The notes beneath the pieces are model-generated. The model saw nothing but the letters and a program-made list of their open reading frames with translations. It was not told the DNA's origin and ran no database searches. 64,000 nt of DNA from a virus (Duplodnaviria > Caudoviricetes): positions 7,794 through 71,793 of the IMG/VR virus record IMGVR_UViG_3300012667_000289; one strand, written 5' to 3'. A program made the position numbers and the translations under genes. Positions 1 to 7,437 of this stretch are shown here, in pieces; within the stretch, counting starts at the first letter, position 1; each line of letters begins with the position of its first letter.

Positions 1-164
1 AATGCTTTCTCAACGCAGGAGAGGGCACTGAAGAGGACGTGGCATTTTGGCGTGCTATTGAGTTGAAGCTGATGCAGCAATAACCCGTAAGATTGAAAGG
101 GCTTTGCAACACAGGCTCTTTCGGTGTTATAATAGAGTTATTGCAACACACACAGGAGTCTAGC

Positions 165-284
165 ATGACCGCACGCAACCGAGAGATCATTGAACTGTTC
201 AACAACGGCGTTTCTCCAGAAGAGATTGCAGCCATAATGGGATTGACTGTTGAAAAAGTTTTGGACATTGTCGAAGCTGCATAA
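165..284 (+). CDS. Small HTH-like protein (39 aa)
   Basis: ATG 165 with CAGGAG RBS at 153-158 and TGTTATAAT promoter; sequence REIIELFNNGVSPEEIAAIMGLTVEKV is HTH-like. Start moved from track position 93. Confidence 0.6.
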   Translation: MTARNREIIELFNNGVSPEEIAAIMGLTVEKVLDIVEAA

Positions 285-327
285 GATTTTGACTGTATAA
301 TACAGTTACTGAAACAAAGGAGCTGAT

Positions 328-522
328 ATGTTTACAGTTGGACAACAGGTGTTTCCAAAGTGGAGTCAACGCTTGCCCGCGTTCACAGTTACACGGGTCG
401 GCGCTGTGACAGTTACAATGGTAGACGAGTGTGGGAATCGCGAGATAATGCACAAGGATGACATTATAGCACGAGACCCCGCTGCACACTACGAGTCGCC
501 TCGCTATGAGGCATTGGGATAA
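328..522 (+). CDS. Hypothetical early protein
   Basis: AAGGAG RBS and TATAAT upstream. Confidence 0.7.
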   Translation: MFTVGQQVFPKWSQRLPAFTVTRVGAVTVTMVDECGNREIMHKDDIIARDPAAHYESPRYEALG

Positions 523-634
523 CCCTTTTAACATTGTGGAGATAAAAAAAAATCTTTGCACAGTGAAAAAAGGCGTTATAATTAAGGCATGCAGAGACAA
601 TAGTGTTGCTGCATAACACACACAGGAGCTAGAG

Positions 635-1072
635 ATGAAAAAATTTACAGTCGCTGGTCACAGCATTTTGGACGGCGTTAAAAAGACCCGTTTTGCAACT
701 ACAATGGATCGCGTCAAAGTGCTTATGCGTAACGGGCACACAGACATCGAGCTGCAGGAGTTGCCCTATGCAATGACTAAAGACGAGATTCGCGCTTTCT
801 TTGGCGAAGAAGCTAAGACAGCAAAACCCAAAGCAGTCAAAGCAGCAGCAGCAGTCGTTGAAGCAGCAGCAGCAGTTGAGACAGAAGAAGATGCAGCGCC
901 CGACACTGTTAAATGGCTGGAGGAAGGCGAACAGCCCGCAGTGGAGCCAGAAGCTATTACTTACGCGACCTTTGAAGAAGCGTTAGCAGCAGTTCCGCTC
1001 CGCAGCGACAAGGGACACTTTATTAAGAAAGAAGTGCGCGAAGCACTTGCACGCGACATGGTAGCAGCTTAA
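635..1072 (+). CDS. Hypothetical early protein (Ala/Glu-rich linker)
   Basis: CAGGAG RBS, TATAAT at 577-582, terminator downstream. Confidence 0.8.
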   Translation: MKKFTVAGHSILDGVKKTRFATTMDRVKVLMRNGHTDIELQELPYAMTKDEIRAFFGEEAKTAKPKAVKAAAAVVEAAAAVETEEDAAPDTVKWLEEGEQPAVEPEAITYATFEEALAAVPLRSDKGHFIKKEVREALARDMVAA

Positions 1073-1083
1073 CACAAAAACAA

Positions 1084-1110
1084 AGCCCTTACAACTGTAA
1101 GGGTCTTTTA
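1084..1110 (+). terminator. Intrinsic terminator
   Basis: gcccttac-aact-gtaagggt stem followed by T-run. Confidence 0.75.
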
Positions 1111-1540
1111 ACCCTACCCTGTGTAGGGTTTCTTTTTGCTGCAAAGTTCACACATCCTGCTATCTTCCGCCGCAATGCTATAACGTGTGGGCCTGCACCT
1201 GCCTACACCTGCATCGTGCGACGAGTATAACAGGGTTCACACGTTAAGATTGAGGAATCTTAGATGTTCCACGTGCGAACTAGTCTAAACTAATACTTTT
1301 GTTTTAAAAAATCCTCGCTAGCTCACACGTTAAGATTGAGGAATCTAAGATGTTCCACGTGCGGCCCTGTATTGTTCACACGTTAAGGAACGGGATCCTA
1401 AGATGTAGAACGTGCGGATCTGCACTGTTCGCACGTGCTAAGAATTGCATTCTATGCAGTCCACGTGCGGCCCTGTTGTGCGCTGTTACACTTTGTTACA
1501 ATTACTTTGCACACACTAGCGCAAATGAGCAAAACGGCGT

Positions 1541-1583
1541 TATAATACATTATGCGCTGCAATAGTGTAGCGCATAACAGGAG
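1541..1583 (+). promoter_or_regulatory. Sigma70-like -10 box, leader hairpin and CAGGAG RBS
   Basis: TATAAT 1541-1546, then ttatgcgctgca-atag-tgtagcgcataa, then caggag; near-identical copy at 2046-2087. Confidence 0.75.
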
Positions 1584-1589
1584 CAACTT

Positions 1590-2000
1590 ATGCAACACGT
1601 AACGCAACAAGACGACAGCTATACACTAGACATTACTGTTAACAAACTGTTTACAGTAGCAGGAGACGGCTTGTGGAGCAACACTGCAAAACAAGTGTTT
1701 GTTACTAACATAACAATGTACATTGGCGCAGTGGAGGAGGACGGCTACTTTGGCGACGGCGACTTGGCAGTGCACACTACAGCAGAAACGTGGAACGAGC
1801 AAGAGCTGGGTTTAATTTACACAGACAAGGCATTTATTGCAGACGTGCGTGCAGAGCTTATTGCAGCAGGCATTGACGCAGAAGTAGCAGCAGACGTTGA
1901 CTACAGCGAGCAAGGAATGCAGGACACAGGGCGTGTTAGCTGCGATGCTTATAAACTTGCAGACTATGTGCGTGCACAGATGCAGACTGTGACAGCATAA
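1590..2000 (+). CDS. Hypothetical acidic early protein, no proline
   Basis: Promoter, RBS and terminator (2006-2040) flank it; coding strand has no TC/CC. Confidence 0.85.
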   Translation: MQHVTQQDDSYTLDITVNKLFTVAGDGLWSNTAKQVFVTNITMYIGAVEEDGYFGDGDLAVHTTAETWNEQELGLIYTDKAFIADVRAELIAAGIDAEVAADVDYSEQGMQDTGRVSCDAYKLADYVRAQMQTVTA

Positions 2001-2093
2001 CATTACAGCGCACAGGGTTATTAACTGTGCGCTGCATTTTGGTGTTATAATACATTATGCGCTGCACAGTGTAGCGCATAACAGGAGCTTAAA

Positions 2094-2423
2094 ATGGAAA
2101 ACATGAAGCGTAGATTTGTTAAACTGTGCTTGTTGCAAGACATAACATACGAAGGCGACACAGAGGCAGAACGTGCTGCGTGGATTGCTAACGTAACAGG
2201 CAGCGTGGGCACAGAGGGCTACGGGCTGCAAGACGACGGCGACGACTACATAACAGCAGAGTTTAGCACAGACGAAGTTGTGTTTGCTAACGTAGAAGTA
2301 TATTGCTACATGGGCAGCGAAAACGAGCAAGAGCGTTTTTACACAAAAGAGTGTGTTGTTGTGCAGGAAAAAGCAACAGGCGACTATTACGCATACGAGA
2401 CAGAAGACTTGTACGAAGTGTAA
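2094..2423 (+). CDS. Hypothetical acidic early protein, no proline
   Basis: Same promoter/hairpin/RBS architecture; terminator 2441-2467. Confidence 0.85.
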   Translation: MENMKRRFVKLCLLQDITYEGDTEAERAAWIANVTGSVGTEGYGLQDDGDDYITAEFSTDEVVFANVEVYCYMGSENEQERFYTKECVVVQEKATGDYYAYETEDLYEV

Positions 2424-2440
2424 TTATAACACATAACACA

Positions 2441-2467
2441 AAAAGCTGCACAGTGTGCAGCTTTTTT
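2441..2467 (+). terminator. Intrinsic terminator (possibly bidirectional)
   Basis: aaaagctgcaca-g-tgtgcagctttttt. Confidence 0.75.
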
Positions 2468-2755
2468 GTGTGCAGCAGGATCGCACGTAACAACGAAGAG
2501 GTTTAGGTGTAAGCACGTGCGAGACCCCGCTACACATTATACCTAACAAACAAGTCAGTCCGCACACCTAAACACAAAAGACCCCGCTGTCGCAGAGGCT
2601 GCGTACCTGCGGTTGCACAGGCTGTGCTCACACTTTAGATATCTAAGACCTCTAAGACCTATAGGTGTGAACACACAGTCTTTACAGGAGTAGACAGTTC
2701 GCACGTGCAACAATCTAAAGCCTTTGCTGCCTACGTGCGGATTTGCAGCGCAAAT

Positions 2756-2780
2756 AAAAAGCGCATCTAGTGCGCTTTTT
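2756..2780 (-). terminator. Intrinsic terminator for 2796-3038 gene
   Basis: aaaaagcgca-tctag-tgcgcttttt, A/T runs on both sides. Confidence 0.7.
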
Positions 2781-2795
2781 GTGTTACAATGCTGT

Positions 2796-3038
2796 TTAAT
2801 GCGCCATTGCGTTATTAATAGCTATTGCTGCAAGCACTTCTGCAGGAGCTTGTGCATACATAAACGCTTGCACTTCTGCTGTTTGTGCAGCGTTAAACTT
2901 TTCAAAGTAGTTGTCTGCAATATAGTCTGCTGTGTCCCCGTCGCCGTGCAGCATTGCTGCTTTGTAAATTGTTACAATGTGCTGCATGTCGTGCGCTGCT
3001 GCTACTTTAAGCATGTTAATTTGCATTTGCAAAAGCAT
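2796..3038 (-). CDS. Hypothetical early protein
   Basis: CAGGAG RBS (complement of 3045-3050), TGTTATAAT at 3086-3094 on minus strand, terminator downstream. Confidence 0.8.
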   Translation of the reverse strand: MLLQMQINMLKVAAAHDMQHIVTIYKAAMLHGDGDTADYIADNYFEKFNAAQTAEVQAFMYAQAPAEVLAAIAINNAMAH

Positions 3039-4568
3039 TTTAAACTCCTGTTTACTGCTGTGCGTTATTGCTGTGCAGTAAGTATATTATAACATCCAAA
3101 ATAGTAAGTTGTGCGTAAGCATTGTAACAAATTGTAACAGCGCAGTTCGCACATACAAACATCTTCCTGCACAACAGTAACACGTGCGAGCTCTTATGTT
3201 AGTGTGCACATACTAACTTGCCCGCACACGCACAAATCTTCCTGCACAGCAGCAGCACGTGCGAGCGTGCATTGCTTTTGTGTTGTGCGTTTTTTGCATG
3301 TGTCTAGTTTAACACCTCTGCAACGCAGTTCGCACGTAGGCAGCACAGGTATTTTGCATCTAACGTGCGGACATAGCACAGTGTAATACTTTAGTGCACA
3401 GTTCGCACGTAGCGGCAAAATAACCAACAGCTCCTAACGTGCGAGACCCCGCTACGGATCACACGTTATGCACAAAACTCTGCTTTAGATGTTTGCAGTG
3501 CACGTGTGGACACAAACTACATTTAAAAAACAGCGTTAGTCACACGTGCGCAAATAAATCCTGTCGCTTAGGAAAACTGCACACGTGCGAGCCGCAGCGC
3601 AATAACTAAGCAGTTAGTGCACAGTTTGCACAGTTCACACGTGCGCAAATAAATCCTGTCGCTTAGGAAAACTGCACACGTGCGAGCTACACACAGCTTT
3701 AAATGTACAAAACGCAAGTTCGCACGTTAGATGTCGTTGATGTAATTTTGTACACGTGCGAACAGCAACAACATTTAACAAAACAGCGCAGTTCGCACAT
3801 TAGATGTCGTTGATGTAATTTTGTGCACGTGTGACAAGCACGTATAACAGCGCACACACAGTTAAGCTATACAAGTGCAGTAGTAGCAGCAGTAATGCGT
3901 GCAGTAGGGTTTTAGTGCGTTACAGTGTAGTTGTAGCAGCAGCGCAAGCGATAAAGTAAGCAGTAGCGTAAGCAGCAGCGTAATTATAACACAGCTCGCA
4001 CGTGCGCAACTAATTCTGCAGCACAAGAAAATACAAAAACGTGTGAGCTGTATGCATATACAGTAATACTAAATGTTTACTGTATAAAAACACAGCTCGC
4101 ATGTGCAAAAATCTTCCTGCACAGCAGCAGCACGTGCGAGCGTGCATTGCTTTTGTGTTGTGCGTTTTTTGCTGCATAAATTTATTATACTGCCGTTCGC
4201 ACGTGTGCACAAGTAGGTTGCAGGTTAAAAACGTGCGGACTTTAACACACTGTATAAAAACACAGTTCGCACGTGCACACTGCTGGTATTTTGCAGCGCA
4301 CGTGCGAACTACAAAAACAAACAAACTATGCAGTTCGCACGTGCAAACGCATTCTAAGCAGCAAAAAACGTGCGAGCTTTAACAGCACACAAGTTCGCAC
4401 GTGCAAACGCATTCTGCAAAGCAGCGCACGTGCGAGCAAGTAAAAACAAAAATAAATTGTAACAGTTGCAAAAATACAACACAAATATATTTAAATATTT
4501 AAAAAATGCGCTATAATACGTGCACTACATAAATTTATGTAGCAACGCAACTAAAGCAAAAGCACAGT

Positions 4569-4874
4569 ATGCAAAACACACAGTTAGTTTATAATTTTTT
4601 GTTGCAAAATAGCAACAAACAGCGCACAGCAGCAAATATTGCAGCGCACACGCAACTTACAACAGTGCAAGTTAGCAGCGCACTACAATGTTTGCAACGC
4701 AAAAATTTAATTGTTGTTGCTAGCAAACAACACAAAAAACAATACACTTATGTTGTAGCAACACAACACGTTGTAGCAACGCAACATGTTGCGCAAATAC
4801 AACAAAAAAATGTTGCAGCAAAGCAACAAAATATTTTACAGCGCATAGCGCAAATGTTTAAGCGTATGTTTTAA
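4569..4874 (+). CDS. Putative winged-HTH protein lacking D/E/G/P/W
   Basis: TATAAT 4512-4517, leader hairpin, terminator 4886-4915; pattern VYNFLLQ..RTAANIAAHTQLTTVQVSSALQCLQRKNLIV resembles wHTH. Confidence 0.75.
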   Translation: MQNTQLVYNFLLQNSNKQRTAANIAAHTQLTTVQVSSALQCLQRKNLIVVASKQHKKQYTYVVATQHVVATQHVAQIQQKNVAAKQQNILQRIAQMFKRMF

Positions 4875-4885
4875 ACAACACAAAG

Positions 4886-4915
4886 TAGCGCACTAAAACA
4901 GTGCGCTATTTTTTT
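4886..4915 (+). terminator. Intrinsic terminator
   Basis: tagcgcact-aaaac-agtgcgcta followed by T-run. Confidence 0.8.
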
Positions 4916-5933
4916 GTGCACATAGCTCGCACGTGCAAACGCATTCTAAGCAGCAGCGCACGTGCGGACCCCGCTGTATAGCTCGCACGTGTTTATACAC
5001 AACGCACGCACTGTGCATGTAGTTACGTGCGAGCTGCACACAAACGCAAACTTAACACACAGTTCACACGTGTTTATGCACAACGCACGCAGCGTGCATG
5101 TAGTTACGTGCGAGCTACGCACAGCTTTAAATTGTACACAACGCAAGTTCGCACGTGCACACTGCTGGTATTTTGCAGCGCACGTGCGGACACAGTAAAT
5201 TGCGCACTAACTGCTTAATAAACAGCACGCAGTTCGCACGTGCAAACGCATTCTAAGCAGCAGCGCACGTGCGAACGCAGCACAAGCAATTAAAAACACA
5301 ACGCACAAAACAAAACAAAAACACATAAAACAAACAGTACACGCAGTTCGCACGTGCAAACGCATTCTAAGCAGCAAAAAACGTGCGGACAAAGTTGCGC
5401 AACAGCAAAATGCTGTTATAATAAACACATAGCACATTAGCAGCAGCTACGCTAACGCAAATTCGCACGTGTTTATACACAACGCACGCAGCGTGCATGT
5501 AGTTACGTGCGAACTGTATACACATACAGTAGTGCGTATTTCGCACGTGCAAACGCTTTCTAAGCAGCAGCAACACGTGCGAGACTGTGCATATATACAG
5601 TAAGCATTTAGTATACGTGTGTTTTTGCTGCATAAATTTATTATACTACCAGTCCGCACGTGCGCAGCGCTGGTATTTTACAAAAAACGTGCGGACGCTC
5701 GCACGTGTTTATGCACAACGCACGCACTGTGCATGTAGTTACGTGCGAGCTGCACATTACTGTATAAAAAACACAGCTCACACGTGTGCAGTGCATAGCT
5801 GCATGTTGCACGTGCGAGCTAATAAAACAAAAAAATAAATTGTAACAGTTGCGCAAAAACAACACAATTGTGCAGTATAATAACTGCACTGCACAAATTT
5901 GTGCAGCAACGCAAAGTAACGCAAAAGTACACA

Positions 5934-6548
5934 ATGCAAAAATTAACAGCAGCGCAAGCGCAAGCAGCAATTTTGTTGCACGCAAACAACAACACAATAA
6001 CAGCAACGCAAGTACAAAACTTGCTTGCAAATGTTAGTGTTACATTTGCACAAATTACATATGTAACGCAAGTGCAGTTAGCAGCAGCACATAAAGCGCA
6101 AAACATTTTAAAAGTAACTACAGCTAATGTTATGCTTTGCAGCAACATTAAAGCGCATACAAGCGTGTACAAGCGCAAAGTACAGCGCAGTGCAGCTAAG
6201 TATGCGCAAAACAGCGCAAGCGCAGTAGCAGCGTTTACAGCGCAGCAAAACTACTTTACGCATACAGCAGTACATAGCATTGTGCACAATAATAAAAACA
6301 TTAACGCAATGTATTTGTATTGTTTTTATAACAATGCAAGCAGCGTGTATATGCACAATAATGCAGTTGTAACAAAACAACATGTTGCAGCATACTGCAC
6401 TAAAAGTGCAGCAGCTACTTTGTTGCAGCAAAACAACACTGTGCATAATGTAACACATAACATTACACATAACGTGCAAGTGCGCACTATAGCATTACAC
6501 AACATAGTTAGTATTAAAGCACGCAAACAGTTGCTAACTGTAGCATAA
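5934..6548 (+). CDS. Hypothetical 204-aa protein lacking D/E/G/P/W
   Basis: TATAAT 5876-5881 and leader hairpin favour ATG 5934 over track start 5868; terminator 6562-6592. Confidence 0.8.
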   Translation: MQKLTAAQAQAAILLHANNNTITATQVQNLLANVSVTFAQITYVTQVQLAAAHKAQNILKVTTANVMLCSNIKAHTSVYKRKVQRSAAKYAQNSASAVAAFTAQQNYFTHTAVHSIVHNNKNINAMYLYCFYNNASSVYMHNNAVVTKQHVAAYCTKSAAATLLQQNNTVHNVTHNITHNVQVRTIALHNIVSIKARKQLLTVA

Positions 6549-6561
6549 AGCACTACACACG

Positions 6562-6592
6562 CAGCGCACTAAAACAGTGCGCTGTTTTTTTT
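6562..6592 (+). terminator. Intrinsic terminator
   Basis: cagcgcact-aaaac-agtgcgctg followed by T-run; same loop as 4886 terminator. Confidence 0.8.
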
Positions 6593-6937
6593 GTGCACAT
6601 AGCTCGCACGTGCAGCAGTGCACAGCAGCATGTATACGTGCGAGCTGTATACACATACAGTAGTGTGCGCAGCACATAGCTCACACGTGCAGCAGCGCAG
6701 AAAATATTTTTGACACGTGGGGGGCATGTATATACATACAGTAATACTATATACTACGCACGCTTGCTTGTTTTTAACACCAGTGTAGTGCAATCACCAG
6801 GGGCCGAGATCTCCAAACCTTCTTATTTTTGCGCGGCAATTTTTTTGGCTACTGTATAGACCGGGGGCTGCTCCCACTGTGAATCTACTGTAAATAAACT
6901 GTGCGCCCCCATGTGGTGCCATTACTGTGGAATTATT

Positions 6938-7111
6938 ATGGAATACTATAGCATCACCGTCTCTAACGACCGAACAGCGGAATACTCACTGTTCTTGCAA
7001 CAAAACTATATCACGGAATACACAGTGGTACCAGCGAGCCGTTTCACTGTGGAATATCGCTTTAAGCGTTATGATCATTTCTCACAGTTCATTTCACGCT
7101 GGGCACTGTAA
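6938..7111 (+). CDS. Small hypothetical protein
   Basis: ORF track (6911 start); ATG 6938 gives a plausible small phage protein. Confidence 0.5.
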   Translation: MEYYSITVSNDRTAEYSLFLQQNYITEYTVVPASRFTVEYRFKRYDHFSQFISRWAL

Positions 7112-7179
7112 CTGGCCGTTGAAACAGATTTCACTGGTTTGAAAATTTTTTTACACAATTTTTTCAAACACACTATAGG

Positions 7180-7419
7180 TCAGGCCACTATGGGAGCACG
7201 TTTGATATAGTTGGGGGCCACTGTGATCTTTTGACCTTCTACAAACGGGGGACGTTTGTGTGCACTCACTGCCTTGACTATCAACAGATCAACCTTACCA
7301 CCTGCTCGAATGTTTTCAATGCGGGCCAACAGTTGTGTATACTGTGGATAGTTTTTAGTGAGATCTAATATGTTGCCCGGGTTTAGGCCGATTGATTCTA
7401 CGAGTTCTTGTATGTTCAT
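7180..7419 (-). CDS. Hypothetical protein
   Basis: ORF track; protein-like composition. Confidence 0.6.
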   Translation of the reverse strand: MNIQELVESIGLNPGNILDLTKNYPQYTQLLARIENIRAGGKVDLLIVKAVSAHKRPPFVEGQKITVAPNYIKRAPIVA

Positions 7420-7437
7420 AATGTTGGTAGTTAATGT

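Larger units (their letters stand above)
1148..6722. repeat. Array of 35 paired inverted-arm elements YCRCACGT-N(24-27 or 34-35)-ACGTGYGR
   Basis: Located by eye, e.g. 1237-1278, 1323-1364, 1376-1417, 1429-1470, 2481-2522, 2699-2740 (all 26-nt spacers); 3540-3590 (35); 4335-4375 (25); 4983-5032 (34); 6681-6722 (26). A few left arms are degenerate (CACAT, CACAC, CATGT). Confidence 0.9.
1474..6780. other. GR/YC dinucleotide-depleted island
   Basis: No TC/CC on + strand over 1474-2480; no GA/GG/TC/CC at all over 4436-4927 and 5818-6604. Confidence 0.95.

Noticed and set aside
2628-2670. Additional element TCACACTT-N27-AGGTGTGA
   Set aside because: Both arms lack the ACGT core; probably a decayed copy and not counted.
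3401-5515. LexA boxes (GTTCG/CGAAC)
   Set aside because: Orientation and spacing match neither CGAAC-N4-GTTCG nor GTTC-N7-GTTC.
1148-6722. CRISPR array
   Set aside because: Arms are inverted pairs rather than direct repeats, spacers recur in families, inter-element distances are irregular, and no cas gene is in the window.
1474-6780. Simple restriction-site avoidance as the explanation
   Set aside because: Sites such as AGCT, GCGC, TGCA, ACGT and GTAC are abundant, and the loss is at dinucleotide level, more than any one enzyme requires.
1474-6780. Avoidance of UV pyrimidine dimers in general
   Set aside because: TT runs and CT are plentiful, so only a YC-specific effect would fit; that is kept as an alternative in the main finding.
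1474-6780. Sequencing or assembly junk
   Set aside because: Intact ORFs with matched promoters, hairpins, terminators and fixed spacer lengths argue for real sequence; read support still needs checking.
2287-6793. Many 60-130 aa Cys/Val/Thr-rich ORFs in the track
   Set aside because: No RBS, promoter or terminator. They arise from repeat composition and loss of TGA stops (TGA contains GA). Only five ORFs in the island with expression signals were kept.
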